Part shown: piece after piece, positions 40,253 to 51,867 of the stretch
How the letters are laid out: each line of letters begins with the position of its first letter
Position numbering within the stretch: position 1 is the first letter of the stretch
Origin: Nitrospirota bacterium
GTDB lineage: Bacteria; Nitrospirota; Thermodesulfovibrionia; Thermodesulfovibrionales; Dissulfurispiraceae
DNA: 64,000 bases
Direction: 5' to 3'
Assembly: GCA_040754455.1 (NCBI GenBank)
Contig: JBFMCP010000005.1
Coordinates: 47,926-111,925, forward strand
The notes under the pieces: model-generated
Told to the model about the DNA's origin: nothing
Database searches by the model: none
Seen by the model: only the letters and a program-made list of their open reading frames with translations
Position numbers and translations under genes: made by a program

Positions 40253-41545
40253 GTGTTAAAGAGGTTTCCGGCGAAATTCAAAACACCTGACGAATTACGG
40301 GAACACCAGACCAGGGGATTGCGGTGGACCGTAACGCATGCGTATGCACGTTCTACCTTCTACCGGAAGAGAATGGAAGCGGCGGGTATAACACCTGATG
40401 ACATCAGGACATTGGATGACCTCGAGAAGCTGCCCTTCACCACTGCCGACGACCTGAGAAACGACTATCCTTTTCCTTTGCGGGCTGTCGAGTACCATAA
40501 TATTGTAAGAATCCACTCCTCTTCCGGCACCACGGGAAAGCGAAAAATCCTCTGCTATACGCAGAAGGATATCGAAGATTGGGCCTACATGTTCGGCAGG
40601 TGCTACGAGCTGGCCGGCGTCACGAGAGAAGATAGGGTCCAGATATGCGTCGGCTATGGTCTGTGGACCGCAGGGGTCGGGTTCCAGCTGGGATGCGAGC
40701 GGTTCGGCGCCATGGCAATCCCCATCGGTCCGGGCAATATGGATATGCAGTGCACCTTTCTCCTCGACCTGCAGCCCACGGTCGTCTGCTCGACGGCGTC
40801 CATGGCGCTCCTCCTCGCTGAGGAAGTTCACAGGCGAGGAATACAGGATCGGCTCAAGTTGAAAAAGGTCATCTGCGGCGCAGAACGGACGAGCAGTGCA
40901 ATGGTCAAAAAGATAAAAGAGCTCCTGGGCATTGAGGAGCTCTACGATATCTCCGGCCTCACCGAGCTCTACGGTCCCGGGACCGGCCTCAGCTGCAGAC
41001 ATGAGAACGGCATCCACTATTGGGCCGACTTCTATATTCTCGAGGTGCTCGATCAGGAGACCCTGAAGCCGGTGAAACCCGGCGAAACAGGAGAGATGGT
41101 CTTTACAACGCTGACCAAAGAGGGCGCCCCGCTCATCAGGTACCGCTCACGTGACCTCACAAAAGTGATCGAAGGCGACTGCCCTTGCGGCTGCATCCTT
41201 CCCCGCCACGACAGGATCCTCGGCCGGTCAGACGACATGTTCATCATCAGGGGGGTAAATGTCTACCCCGGCCAGATCGACGCCGTGCTCTCGGAGGTGC
41301 AGGGAATAGGAAGCGAATACCAGGTCATCCTCGAGCACGGCAGCGACGGAAAGGACTATATGACCCTGAAAGTAGAACGGGCAGAGGGCGTCCATGGGAG
41401 TGCCGATAAAAACCTCTGCGACCTCGTTGCCCGGGAAATAAAGCATGATCTCATGGTCTCGTGCAAAGTCGAAGTCGTGGAGTACGGCAGCCTCCCGAGG
41501 ACCGAACGAAAAACAAAACGGGTGTTCGACAACAGGATCTTCTAA
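40253..41545 (+). CDS. paaK: Phenylacetate--CoA ligase family protein
   Basis: HSSSGTTGK, GLTELYGPG, RYRSRD, GRSDDM. Confidence 0.9.
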   Translation: MLKRFPAKFKTPDELREHQTRGLRWTVTHAYARSTFYRKRMEAAGITPDDIRTLDDLEKLPFTTADDLRNDYPFPLRAVEYHNIVRIHSSSGTTGKRKILCYTQKDIEDWAYMFGRCYELAGVTREDRVQICVGYGLWTAGVGFQLGCERFGAMAIPIGPGNMDMQCTFLLDLQPTVVCSTASMALLLAEEVHRRGIQDRLKLKKVICGAERTSSAMVKKIKELLGIEELYDISGLTELYGPGTGLSCRHENGIHYWADFYILEVLDQETLKPVKPGETGEMVFTTLTKEGAPLIRYRSRDLTKVIEGDCPCGCILPRHDRILGRSDDMFIIRGVNVYPGQIDAVLSEVQGIGSEYQVILEHGSDGKDYMTLKVERAEGVHGSADKNLCDLVAREIKHDLMVSCKVEVVEYGSLPRTERKTKRVFDNRIF

Positions 41546-41557
41546 CCCGGCCACACA

Positions 41558-42292
41558 CTAATCTTCGATCTTCAGTATCTTTTCGGAAGGAAGACCGTCG
41601 ACCAGTTGCCGAAAGGCGGATTCCAGCTGCGCCTCATTGTACGACTCCATGGTGATCATCACTGAATAGTCCTTTCTGTCGACCACAGGATAGGAGCCTA
41701 TCTTCACCTCCTGATGGCACTTGACGATTTCATTGAGGAGCGGTGCGATTTTCGTCTCGTATTCCGCCACATAAATCCTCTTGAAGAGCGGCGGCTTTTC
41801 GCTGAACAGCAGTTTCGAAATAACGGAGAATTTTCCTTCGAGATATGTTGGGATGCCGGGGAGAATGTAAATATTCCTGAACCGTATAAGCGGAAGTCCG
41901 ATGGATTCGTCCTTTATGACGCTCGCTCCTTCCGGTATTTCCGCCATTCGCAGCTGAGCAGGAGTAAGATCGCTGCCGTAATGCTTTTCGAGGAACGCCC
42001 GCAGATCCCTGTCGATGACAACCGGCACCCCGAATGCCCGGGCAATCCCCTCTATCGTGACATCATCATGCGTCGGACCGATGCCGCCGGAGGTAAAGAC
42101 ATAATCAAACTTATCTGAAAACGCCTTTGCTTCCTGAGCAATCTCATCGACCTCATCTCTGATCACCGAGATACGGCGGACCTCGATTCCCATCTGCCGC
42201 AGCGCGCGCACCATAAAGAGTGAATTGGTGTCCTGCACCATTCCCGACAGGATCTCATCGCCGATAATGATAATACCCGCTGTCTGCCTCAT
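41558..42292 (-). CDS. CinA N-terminal / molybdopterin-binding domain protein
   Basis: IGDEILSG..DTNS, SGGIGPTHDDVT, LPGIP, IGSYP. Confidence 0.85.
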   Translation of the reverse strand: MRQTAGIIIIGDEILSGMVQDTNSLFMVRALRQMGIEVRRISVIRDEVDEIAQEAKAFSDKFDYVFTSGGIGPTHDDVTIEGIARAFGVPVVIDRDLRAFLEKHYGSDLTPAQLRMAEIPEGASVIKDESIGLPLIRFRNIYILPGIPTYLEGKFSVISKLLFSEKPPLFKRIYVAEYETKIAPLLNEIVKCHQEVKIGSYPVVDRKDYSVMITMESYNEAQLESAFRQLVDGLPSEKILKIED

Positions 42293-42428
42293 AGATCATC
42301 TCCCTATCCGGGAGATTTTATCATACAGAAGGGAGTAATTGGTGGTATGGAGAATAAAAAAGCGAGACCATCACCGGACAGTCCCGCTCGGAAACAAAAT
42401 AAAAACTATCAAGACGCGTACGTCCAAA

Positions 42429-45110
42429 CTATGTCGCCCCGCAGCATTTCTTGTGCTTCTTGCCGCTGCCGCAGGGGCAGGGATCATTCCTCCCTACCTT
42501 TTTGTCCTTGTGCACCGGGTGCGGCGTTCCCCCGCCGTCACCCCGGTTGTAGACAAGCGGCTGCCGGGACAGCTCTCTCTCCCTGACCTCGGCCTCACTC
42601 TCATGCTTCACCTGTATCCTGAAGAGCCGCATGAGGACCTCGGAATTGATCCTCTGGGACATCTCGGCAAAGAGATCGAATGCCTCCTTTTTGTACTCGA
42701 CGAGAGGGTCTTTCTGTGCATAGCCTCTCAGACCGATACCTTCTTTAAGATGATCGATGCCGAGGAGATGGTCTTTCCATTGTGCGTCGATTACCTGGAG
42801 AAAAACCACCTTTTCCATGTAGCGCATGACTTCGGCGCCGGCCTCCTGCTCCTTGCGCTCATACAGTTCTTTGGCGCGTGCGATGATGGCGTCTTCCAAT
42901 TCGCTGCTGCTCTTCCCGTCAGCAGAAGGCAAGGTGACGGAGAATGTTCCATATACCGCATCCCTGAGCCCGTTCATATCCCACTCATCAGAGCTGCTGT
43001 TCTCGGGGCAGTAGACAGAGACCAGCATATTCGCTTCATCTTCGATCATTTCGAAAACCCTGTCTTTCAGGGACTCACCTTCGAGCACCTCGCGCCTGAA
43101 GGAGTAGATTTCTTTCCGCTGCTTGTTCATGACATCATCATACTCGAGCAGATGCTTTCGTATATCGAAGTTGTGCGCCTCCACCCGCTTCTGGGAGTTC
43201 TCGATCGCCTTCGAGACCATCTTGTTCTCGATGGGGATATCCTCATCCATCTTCAGAAGGTTCATCAGGCCCGTAATCCTGTCCGATCCGAAGATCCGCA
43301 TCAGGTCATCTTCGAGAGAGAGATAGAACCGCGACGAGCCCGGGTCGCCCTGACGCCCTGAACGGCCGCGCAGCTGGTTGTCGATGCGTCGCGCTTCGTG
43401 GCGCTCGGTACCGATGATATGGAGCCCACCAGCGGCAATGACTTGCTCTCTTTCTTTTGCGCATATTGCCTTTGCCTGTTCGTAGGCTGCCTTGAAGTCT
43501 TCTTCAGTATATTCGGGCTTATCCTTCAGGAGTTCCCGCGCCAGTCCGTCCGGATTGCCGCCGAGGACTATGTCCGTTCCCCTTCCCGCCATGTTCGTTG
43601 CAATGGTGACCGCCCCTACCCTTCCGGTCTGCGCCACGATCTCGGCTTCCTTTTCATGGTACTTGGCGTTGAGCACCGAGTGCTTTACCCCCTGCTTTTT
43701 GAGGAGATGGCTGAGGACTTCGGATTTCTCGATAGAGGTAGTACCGACAAGCACCGGCTGCCCCCGCTTGTGGGATTCCACAATCTCGTTGATGACCGCA
43801 TTGAACTTTGCCTTTTCGGTCTTATAAATCATATCAGCGTAATCAACCCTGATCATCGGTTTGTTGGTCGGAATAACCACCACATCGAGATTGTAGATCT
43901 TCGCAAACTCCTCGGCTTCGGTGTCGGCAGTACCGGTCATACCGGCAAGCTTGTTGTACATCCTGAAGTAGTTCTGGAAGGTGATCGTGGCAAGGGTCTG
44001 ATTCTCGCTCGCGATCTTCACGCCCTCCTTCGCCTCGATCGCCTGGTGGAGCCCGTCGCTCCACCGTCTGCCCGGCATGAGCCTTCCGGTAAACTCATCG
44101 ACAATGATGACCTCGCCGTCCTTCACAACATAATCAACATCCCGCTTGAAGAGGTGGTGGGCGCGCAGCGCCTGGAGCGCATGATGCACCAGCTCGATGT
44201 TCGAGGGATCGTAGAGATTGCTCAGGCCGAGAGATTTCTCGACCTTTGCACTCCCCGATTCGGTAAGGACAACATTCTTGAGCTTTTCATCGATTTTGAA
44301 ATCCTCGTCGATCTTCAGAGAGGGAACGATTTTGTTGATCTTAAAATATTTATCGGTCGACTCCTCCGAAGGCCCCGAGATAATCAGCGGCGTCCTTGCC
44401 TCATCGATGAGGATGCTGTCGACCTCGTCCACAATGGCATAGTTCAATTCCCTCTGGGAATAGTCGTCGAGATCATACTTCATGTTATCCCTGAGGTAAT
44501 CGAAGCCGAACTCGTTGTTCGTACCATAGGTGATATCCGCACGGTATGCTTCTTTTCTTGAGCACGGCCTGAGATGATTGTACCGTTTATCGAGGACAAT
44601 ATACGTCGGATCGTAAAGAAACGAGCTGTCGTGCTGTATAACGCCAACGGAAAGTCCAAGGGCATAGTAGAGCGTACCCATCCATTGGGCGTCTCTCTTG
44701 GCGAGGTAATCGTTGACAGTCACGACATGAACACCCCGTCCGTCGAGGGCATTGAGATAGACCGGCAGTGTCGCAACAAGCGTCTTACCCTCACCGGTCT
44801 TCATCTCGGCGATCTTGCCCTCGTGGAGCACCATGCCGCCGATGAGCTGGACATCGAAGTGCCGCATGCCGAGCACCCGTTTCGACATCTCTCTGGCTAC
44901 GGCAAAGGCTTCGGGAAGGATCGTGTCCAGGGTCGTCCCCGAGGCCAGTCGGTTCCTGAATTCGTCCGTCTTTGCCCTGAGCTGATCGTTGCTCAAGGCC
45001 TCCATTGAACTCTCCAGCCTGGTGATCTCATCTATTTTATGAAAGAGCCGCTTCAGCTCCCGTTCGTTCTTCGTACCGAAGAGTTTCTTTAACACATTGA
45101 CCATATACAA
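42429..45110 (-). CDS. secA: Preprotein translocase ATPase
   Basis: [31 protein letters not shown]. Confidence 0.99.
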   Translation of the reverse strand: MYMVNVLKKLFGTKNERELKRLFHKIDEITRLESSMEALSNDQLRAKTDEFRNRLASGTTLDTILPEAFAVAREMSKRVLGMRHFDVQLIGGMVLHEGKIAEMKTGEGKTLVATLPVYLNALDGRGVHVVTVNDYLAKRDAQWMGTLYYALGLSVGVIQHDSSFLYDPTYIVLDKRYNHLRPCSRKEAYRADITYGTNNEFGFDYLRDNMKYDLDDYSQRELNYAIVDEVDSILIDEARTPLIISGPSEESTDKYFKINKIVPSLKIDEDFKIDEKLKNVVLTESGSAKVEKSLGLSNLYDPSNIELVHHALQALRAHHLFKRDVDYVVKDGEVIIVDEFTGRLMPGRRWSDGLHQAIEAKEGVKIASENQTLATITFQNYFRMYNKLAGMTGTADTEAEEFAKIYNLDVVVIPTNKPMIRVDYADMIYKTEKAKFNAVINEIVESHKRGQPVLVGTTSIEKSEVLSHLLKKQGVKHSVLNAKYHEKEAEIVAQTGRVGAVTIATNMAGRGTDIVLGGNPDGLARELLKDKPEYTEEDFKAAYEQAKAICAKEREQVIAAGGLHIIGTERHEARRIDNQLRGRSGRQGDPGSSRFYLSLEDDLMRIFGSDRITGLMNLLKMDEDIPIENKMVSKAIENSQKRVEAHNFDIRKHLLEYDDVMNKQRKEIYSFRREVLEGESLKDRVFEMIEDEANMLVSVYCPENSSSDEWDMNGLRDAVYGTFSVTLPSADGKSSSELEDAIIARAKELYERKEQEAGAEVMRYMEKVVFLQVIDAQWKDHLLGIDHLKEGIGLRGYAQKDPLVEYKKEAFDLFAEMSQRINSEVLMRLFRIQVKHESEAEVRERELSRQPLVYNRGDGGGTPHPVHKDKKVGRNDPCPCGSGKKHKKCCGAT

Positions 45111-45354
45111 TATTTCTCCTTATATGCTAACTTTTATACTAACAGCGAGGCACAATTTATGCAAGCAACACGCCGTCTTAATAGTATAACATCTCAATAA
45201 GACAGAGCTATATAGAATTCCGTGGTAAACTTTTTATCCCTTCAGCCGAAAACCCATAGTAGCGGGTTGCACAAACCGCTTTCCTTGACAAAAAATCAGG
45301 GGGTTTGCTATACCACCCTCACACGCTTAACATCATCGTACCAGGAGTGGCGCA

Positions 45355-46428
45355 ATGGCAAAGATCGATGCGTTTTTCCAGCTGATGCACGAACAGGGAG
45401 CCTCGGACCTGCACATGGTTTCCGGCTCGCAGCCGATTCTCCGTATCCGGGGAGAGATGGAGCGGGTCGAGTACAAACCTCTCGATAACGATGAATTGAA
45501 GGCGATGCTCTACGAGATCGCTCCCGAAGACAAGGTGAAAGTCTTTGAAGAGACCGGTGATGTCGATTTCGGCTACGAGATTCCCGGCCTTGCGAGGTAT
45601 CGTGCCAACTTCTTCATGCAAAAGTATGGAATAGGAGCGGTCTTCAGAGAGATACCGAGCGATATACTCACCATAGAGCAGCTCGGACTCCCTCCGGTGT
45701 GCAAGAAATTCGCCATGCTTCAAAAGGGGCTCGTGCTCGTCACCGGCCCTACCGGAAGCGGTAAATCCACGACCCTCGCCGCCATCATCGATTATGCCAA
45801 TAAGATGCGCAAGGATCATATCATCACGGTTGAGGACCCGATAGAGTTCGTTCACAAAAGCCAGGGCTGCATCGTCAACCACCGTGAGATCGGGACCCAT
45901 ACCAGATCATTTTCCGCTGCCCTCAGGGGCGCCCTCCGCGAAGACCCTGATATCATCTTGGTCGGTGAGATGAGGGATCTGGAGACCATCCAGCTCGCCC
46001 TTGAGGCCGCCTCAACGGGGCATCTCGTCTTCGGCACCCTGCATACGACCAGTGCGCCGAAGACCGTGGACAGAGTGGTCGACGTCTTCCCGGCAAACCA
46101 GCAGGCCCAGATCAGGACTACCCTGGCGGAGTCCCTCAAAGGCGTCATTGCCCAGAATCTCTTCAAGAGGATCGATAAAAAAGGCCGCTGCGCGGCTCTC
46201 GAGATACTGGTGGTCACGTATGCAGTCTCAAACCTGATTCGGGAATCGAAAACGCACCAACTCCCCTCGGCAATGCAGACAGGAAAGAAATACGGTATGC
46301 AGACCCTCGACGATGCCATCATGGAGCTGCTCATGAAAAAGTGGATAAGCCCCGAGGATGCGTACGACAAGGCGATCGATAAACAGAAGTTCGTGCAGTT
46401 CCTGAAGGAGCCGCCGCCGGAGTTTTAA
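45355..46428 (+). CDS. pilT: Type IV pilus retraction ATPase
   Basis: GPTGSGKS, EDP, LREDPD, TGH..TLH, AVSNLIRE. Confidence 0.93.
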   Translation: MAKIDAFFQLMHEQGASDLHMVSGSQPILRIRGEMERVEYKPLDNDELKAMLYEIAPEDKVKVFEETGDVDFGYEIPGLARYRANFFMQKYGIGAVFREIPSDILTIEQLGLPPVCKKFAMLQKGLVLVTGPTGSGKSTTLAAIIDYANKMRKDHIITVEDPIEFVHKSQGCIVNHREIGTHTRSFSAALRGALREDPDIILVGEMRDLETIQLALEAASTGHLVFGTLHTTSAPKTVDRVVDVFPANQQAQIRTTLAESLKGVIAQNLFKRIDKKGRCAALEILVVTYAVSNLIRESKTHQLPSAMQTGKKYGMQTLDDAIMELLMKKWISPEDAYDKAIDKQKFVQFLKEPPPEF

Positions 46429-46430
46429 AT

Positions 46431-46490
46431 AAGCACTCAGCGCTCAGCAATCAGCTATCAGCATGGAGGGGAAACTGAATGCTGACGGCT
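46431..46490. repeat. Heptamer-periodic inverted repeat (TCAGCNN type)
   Basis: TCAGCGC TCAGCAA TCAGCTA TCAGC ... CTGAATG CTGACGG CT. Confidence 0.75.
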
Positions 46491-46509
46491 TTAATAAAGG
46501 AGATCGATT

Positions 46510-47688
46510 ATGCGCAGAGCGGAATTGGATTACCTGTTAGTCACCATGCTCGACAGCCACGACAATGTTTCAGACCTCAATCTCACGGTCGGCAAGCCGC
46601 CGCAGGTCGAGTCGGCAGGGCATCTGACACCGGTAACCTTTGCCGAGGTGCCGCTGGAAACCCTTACTCCCTTCCAGACCGAAATCCTGGCAATGAACCT
46701 CATTAATTCCGACCGCCGCCTTACCGAGACCCTGATCAGGGAGGGGTCCTGCGACCTTTCCTATTCGCTCCCTGAAAAGGCCCGGTTCAGAGTGAACGTC
46801 TTCTCACAGCGGGGCTCCTACTCCATTGTATTAAGAAAGCTATCAACGGTCATTCCTACTCTCGCCGACCTACGAGTGCCTGAAGTACTGGGCCAGATTG
46901 CAGAGGAAAAGAACGGCCTGGTGCTCGTAACCGGAGCAACGGGAAGCGGTAAGTCATCCACACTCGCAGCCGTCCTCAGGCTTATCAACGAGAACAAGGC
47001 AGTTCATGTCATTACACTCGAAGATCCCGTTGAGTTCGCCCATCCCCATCAGAAGGCAACTTTCAACCAGCGGGAAATGGGCATCGACTTCGATACTTTT
47101 GCCAACGGCCTTCGGGCAGCCCTCCGTCAGGCACCGAAGGTGATTCTCGTCGGCGAGATGAGAGACCGCGAAACCGTCGAGATAGGCTTGTCCGCTGCAG
47201 AGACAGGACACCTCGTCCTTTCAACGCTCCATACGATCGATGCAGGGCAGACGATCAGCAGGATCGTCGGCATGTTCGAGCAGGAGGAGGAGAAGCAGAT
47301 CAGGAGCCGGCTCGCCGATACCATCCGATGGGTCGTAAGCCAGCGGTTGCTGCCGAAGGTCGGCGGCGGGAGAATCGCCGTTGTCGAGATCATGAAAACC
47401 AACCTCAGAGTGAAAGAGTCCATTCTCAACGGTGAAACGGAAGGAAAAACGTTCTATGAGATCATCGAGGCGGGAGAGGCCTTCGGCATGCAGACCTTTG
47501 ATAAGGCAATCATCAAGCTCTATCAGGAGGGCCTGATCACCGAGGAGACCGCACTGGCCTATGCCTCCAAAAAGCCCATCGTCGGCAGGGGCATCGATAT
47601 GTTCAAGAGCGCCAAAGGTGAAAAGACCACGACGATAGAAGGTTTGAGGATGGACAAAACCTACGATACGAAACTAAAGATGAAGTAG
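46510..47688 (+). CDS. PilT/PilU family ATPase
   Basis: GATGSGKS, LRQAPK, TGH..TLH, GMQTFD. Confidence 0.9.
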   Translation: MRRAELDYLLVTMLDSHDNVSDLNLTVGKPPQVESAGHLTPVTFAEVPLETLTPFQTEILAMNLINSDRRLTETLIREGSCDLSYSLPEKARFRVNVFSQRGSYSIVLRKLSTVIPTLADLRVPEVLGQIAEEKNGLVLVTGATGSGKSSTLAAVLRLINENKAVHVITLEDPVEFAHPHQKATFNQREMGIDFDTFANGLRAALRQAPKVILVGEMRDRETVEIGLSAAETGHLVLSTLHTIDAGQTISRIVGMFEQEEEKQIRSRLADTIRWVVSQRLLPKVGGGRIAVVEIMKTNLRVKESILNGETEGKTFYEIIEAGEAFGMQTFDKAIIKLYQEGLITEETALAYASKKPIVGRGIDMFKSAKGEKTTTIEGLRMDKTYDTKLKMK

Positions 47689-47702
47689 CGGGGAGGACAC
47701 TC

Positions 47703-48170
47703 ATGGATATGCATATTGCACATACAGAAGAGTACGAAGAGGAATTGAAAAGTGCGCTCATCTGCGAAGAGAGCGCCGAAAACAGAAATACCATTACCGC
47801 TGCCCTGGAGAGCATGGGCTACAGGACTGAAAGCGCAACGAACGCTGATGAGACCCTCGAAAAACTGAAATTCAATCAATACAGTGTCATTATCCTGAAT
47901 GAGAGCTTCGGCGGCGCCCCTGAGAGCAATACGGTGTACAAGCATCTGCAGTTCATGCCCATGGGCATCCGACGTCATCTCTTTCTTGCTCTGGTGGGCC
48001 AGGACCTTAAGACCCAGGACCACATGACCGCGTTCGCCAAAAGTGCCAATCTGGTAATCAATGAAAGGGATCTGCCGAACATCAAGGCCATTCTGAAAAA
48101 GGCTATTGCCGAGAACGACCAGTTCTACAGGGTCTTCAAGGAGAGTCTGGTCAAACTGGGGAAACAGTAA
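47703..48170 (+). CDS. Hypothetical protein with a degenerate receiver-like fold
   Basis: ALICEE..LESMGY..SVIILNE pattern; SD GGAGG. Confidence 0.6.
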   Translation: MDMHIAHTEEYEEELKSALICEESAENRNTITAALESMGYRTESATNADETLEKLKFNQYSVIILNESFGGAPESNTVYKHLQFMPMGIRRHLFLALVGQDLKTQDHMTAFAKSANLVINERDLPNIKAILKKAIAENDQFYRVFKESLVKLGKQ

Positions 48171-48233
48171 GATACAGAAATGAAGATTCCAAATCCGAAT
48201 TTCGAATTTGTTCTCTCCGCTATACCTTGCCTT

Positions 48234-50432
48234 TCAGCGGGGTTTGAATATCAACGCCGAGAGCGGCGGCAGGATAAGGCGCAGCGAATAGGGGAATTGC
48301 TGATGTGATACTATCGGCTCAGCCGTTACCCCCCCGCTGTTCCCCATATCCGATCCCCAATAGAAGGTCGAATCGCTGTTCAGCAGTTCCTGGTAGAACC
48401 CGCCCCTCGGGACGCCGATACGGTAGCCGATTCTCGGCACCGGGGTAAGATTAAAGACAAAGACGAGAAAATCGTCAGGATTCTTTGCCTTCCTGATAAA
48501 CGATAAAACACAGTTATCCGCATCGTGGAAGTCGATCCATTCGAAGCCCCGCCAGTCATGACAGACCTCGTGCATCGCAGGTTCCGTACGGTACAGGTGA
48601 TTCAGAAAGCGGACATACTCCATAAGTTTCTGATGCGGCTCGTACTGGAGCAGGTGCCAGTCAAGGCTCTTGTCGAAATTCCACTCGTCCCATTGGCCGA
48701 ATTCCGAGCCCATAACGAGGAGCTTCTTGCCGGGATGACCGTACATATAACCGTAGAGCGCCCGCAGATTGGCGAACTTCTGCCACATGTCCCCCGGCAT
48801 CTTGTTCAGCATCGATCGCTTCCCATAGACGACCTCATCATGAGAGAAGGGGAGGACAAAGTTCTCTGTAAAAGCATAAATCATACTGAAGGTGAGATTA
48901 TTGGTATGATACTTCCGGTGGATAGGATCTTTAGAAAAATATTCGAGGGTATCGTGCATCCAGCCCATGTTCCACTTCATGCTGAACCCCAGACCGCCCA
49001 GATAGGTCGGCTTTGAGACGCCGCCCCATGCGGTAGATTCCTCGGCGATGGTCAGAACGCCGGGATGATACTTATGTACCACCTCATTAAAGGTCTTCAG
49101 GAAGTCGATTGCTTCAAGGTTCTCATTACCGCCGTAGATGTTGGGGATCCATTCTCCCGGCTGCCGGGAATAGTCGAGGTAGAGCATGGAGGCGACTGCA
49201 TCAACGCGGAGTCCGTCGATGTGGTACTTGTCGAGCCAGAAAAGGGCATTGGAGATGAGGTAATTCCTCACCTCGTTTCTCCCGTAATTGAAAATCAGGG
49301 TTCCCCAGTCCTTGTGCTCACCTTTCTGGGGATCTTCGTGCTCATAGAGACAGGTGCCGTCAAAAAAAGCGAGGCCATGGGCGTCTTTGGGAAAATGCGC
49401 AGGGACCCAGTCCACAATAACACCAATGCCGTTCTGATGGCACTGGTCAACGAAATACATGAAATCGTCTGGTTTGCCGAACCTACTCGTCGGCGCATAG
49501 TACCCTATGGTCTGATATCCCCATGAAGCATCGAGGGGATGCTCTGCAATCGGCAGCAGCTCGATGTGCGTATAGCCGAGCCCTTTGACATAGGGGATCA
49601 ATTTAGCGGCCAGATCGCGATAGGAGAGAAAACCGTTGTTCTCGGGGACCCTCATCCACGAGCCGAGGTGGACCTCGTATATGGCAACCGGAGACTCAAA
49701 CCAGTTCTTCCTCTCCCTCATAGAAATCCACTCGTCATCCTGCCAGGTGTATTTGTTCTCGATATCGTAGACAATGGCAGCGCTCTTGGGCCGCACCTCG
49801 AAAAAGAAGGCAAAGGGATCCGCCTTTTGTTCCTTATACTGGTGGTACTTTGAGAGGACTTCGAATTTGTAGACTTCTCCTTCACAGAGGCCGGGAACGA
49901 ACAGCTCCCAGATGCCCGCGCTGCCGCGCAGGCGCATGGGGTGCCTCCTGCTGTCCCAGCGGTTGAAGTCACCGATGACGCTGACCCGCTGTGCATTGGG
50001 CGCCCAGACGGCAAAGTGAACACCCTTTATGCCGTTGTACTCTCTGGGGTGGGCGCCGAGTTTCTCATAGTTCTTGTAATGCGTCCCCTCACCGAAGAGA
50101 TGGAGATCAAAATCGGTCAGGAGCGGCGGGAAGGCATAGGGGTCGTAAAATTCCCTAATTTCGTCCCAATGAGTAATAATTTTCAGCTTGTAGCCCGCCG
50201 GTGCTGCCGAATCTTCCGAGGCAGCCTCGAAGAATCCGTCCTCATGCACCTTCCTCATCGGAACCGCACGTTCCTCCTTTGTTCCTGCATGCAGCACCAC
50301 CCAGGCGTCCCGTGCCTCGGGGAGAAACGCACGCACCCACGTTGTGCCGTCATGCTGATGCGGCCCGAGGAACGCAAAAGGCTCACTGTTCTCGCCTCTT
50401 ATCAGCAACTGTATGTTCCTATCGATTTTCAT
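48234..50432 (-). CDS. glgB: 1,4-alpha-glucan branching enzyme
   Basis: [35 protein letters not shown]. Confidence 0.97.
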   Translation of the reverse strand: MKIDRNIQLLIRGENSEPFAFLGPHQHDGTTWVRAFLPEARDAWVVLHAGTKEERAVPMRKVHEDGFFEAASEDSAAPAGYKLKIITHWDEIREFYDPYAFPPLLTDFDLHLFGEGTHYKNYEKLGAHPREYNGIKGVHFAVWAPNAQRVSVIGDFNRWDSRRHPMRLRGSAGIWELFVPGLCEGEVYKFEVLSKYHQYKEQKADPFAFFFEVRPKSAAIVYDIENKYTWQDDEWISMRERKNWFESPVAIYEVHLGSWMRVPENNGFLSYRDLAAKLIPYVKGLGYTHIELLPIAEHPLDASWGYQTIGYYAPTSRFGKPDDFMYFVDQCHQNGIGVIVDWVPAHFPKDAHGLAFFDGTCLYEHEDPQKGEHKDWGTLIFNYGRNEVRNYLISNALFWLDKYHIDGLRVDAVASMLYLDYSRQPGEWIPNIYGGNENLEAIDFLKTFNEVVHKYHPGVLTIAEESTAWGGVSKPTYLGGLGFSMKWNMGWMHDTLEYFSKDPIHRKYHTNNLTFSMIYAFTENFVLPFSHDEVVYGKRSMLNKMPGDMWQKFANLRALYGYMYGHPGKKLLVMGSEFGQWDEWNFDKSLDWHLLQYEPHQKLMEYVRFLNHLYRTEPAMHEVCHDWRGFEWIDFHDADNCVLSFIRKAKNPDDFLVFVFNLTPVPRIGYRIGVPRGGFYQELLNSDSTFYWGSDMGNSGGVTAEPIVSHQQFPYSLRLILPPLSALIFKPR

Positions 50433-50619
50433 GTATAACTATCCTGTTACGAATATTTTTTATAAAGCTTTCTGCACAAAAGGCGCAACGACAATGGTGA
50501 GGATATGTAACCCTTCAAAATTATAGCACATTAAGAGCATACCCATACCATGTGCCATTGAATAGTTAAGCCACCTCCCGTTATTGACGATGGAAACATG
50601 TTCAGGGTATCTTACAAGT

Positions 50620-51837
50620 ATGGACAAACTGAGGTTCTTCACTGCAGGCGAATCGCACGGCCGCGGATTGGTCGGCGTCCTCGAAGGCATACCCGCCGGT
50701 CTTTCCCTTTCCTCCGATGATATCGACAGGGAACTGAAAAGAAGACAATTAGGACACGGCCGCGGCGGTCGGATGAAGATCGAACAGGACCACGCCCAGA
50801 TACTCTCGGGAGTACGGTGGGGGACCACCATCGGCTCCCCCTTGTCCCTCCTGATCGAGAACAGGGATTGGGAAAACTGGCAGGAAGGCATGTCATCTGA
50901 TGAAGCGCATAAAGATTCGATCCCTGCGGTAACAAGGCCGAGACCGGGGCATGCAGACCTTCCCGGTGCGCTCAAATATAACCAGAAGGACGTGCGGAAC
51001 ATCCTCGAACGCTCAAGCGCTAGAGAGACGGCGATGAAAGTTGCCCTCGGGGCAATAGCGAAACGGTTCCTTGCTGAATTCGGGGTACGCCTCAGTAGCT
51101 ATGTCATCAGGATAGGCGGCATCGCCCTGCCCGGTCCATTCCTGGAGGAATTCAGAAAGCGATTCTCTTCCGAAGATATGGTTGATCGTATCGATCTCTC
51201 TCCAGTGAGATGTCCCGAGGAGGGGACTTCTCAGGACATGATCGGACTGATTGACGAAGCATCGAGGAACGGTGATACGCTGGGCGGCGTATTCGAAGTG
51301 ATCGCCACAGGGGTCCCTGTGGGCCTCGGAAGCCATATCCAGTGGGATACGCGGCTCGACGGTCGTCTTGCACAGGCGCTCATGGGCATCCAGGCGATCA
51401 AGGGAGTCGAGATCGGCGACGGATTCGAGATGGCGCAAAAGTCCGGCTCAGCGGTTATGGATGAGATATTTTTCAGAAGCCGGAAGTCAGAAGATGAGAC
51501 ACAGATTCATCAGAGCGGATTTTACCGGAATACCAACCATGCGGGCGGCATTGAAGGCGGCATCACGAACGGTATGCCGGTGATAGTCAGAGCAGCAATG
51601 AAGCCTATCCCGACGCTCAAGAAACCGCTCCGCTCGGTCGATATTGTAACCAAAGAGCCTTTCGAAGCGGCCTATGAGCGCTCCGATACCTGCGCCGTTC
51701 CCGCAGCCGCTGTGGTTGCCGAGGCAATGGTCGCACTGGTGCTTGCGGATGCAATGCTCAACAAGTTCGGAGGCGACAGCATGGATGAAACGAGGAGAAA
51801 CGCCCTTACCTATGGAGAGTATCTTAAAAGATTTTAA
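50620..51837 (+). CDS. aroC: Chorismate synthase
   Basis: TAGESHG, RPGHAD, ERSSARET, MKPIPT, ERSD; start moved to ATG 50620. Confidence 0.97.
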   Translation: MDKLRFFTAGESHGRGLVGVLEGIPAGLSLSSDDIDRELKRRQLGHGRGGRMKIEQDHAQILSGVRWGTTIGSPLSLLIENRDWENWQEGMSSDEAHKDSIPAVTRPRPGHADLPGALKYNQKDVRNILERSSARETAMKVALGAIAKRFLAEFGVRLSSYVIRIGGIALPGPFLEEFRKRFSSEDMVDRIDLSPVRCPEEGTSQDMIGLIDEASRNGDTLGGVFEVIATGVPVGLGSHIQWDTRLDGRLAQALMGIQAIKGVEIGDGFEMAQKSGSAVMDEIFFRSRKSEDETQIHQSGFYRNTNHAGGIEGGITNGMPVIVRAAMKPIPTLKKPLRSVDIVTKEPFEAAYERSDTCAVPAAAVVAEAMVALVLADAMLNKFGGDSMDETRRNALTYGEYLKRF

Positions 51838-51867
51838 TGGCTGTCCCGCAGTCCAGGGTATCGTACG

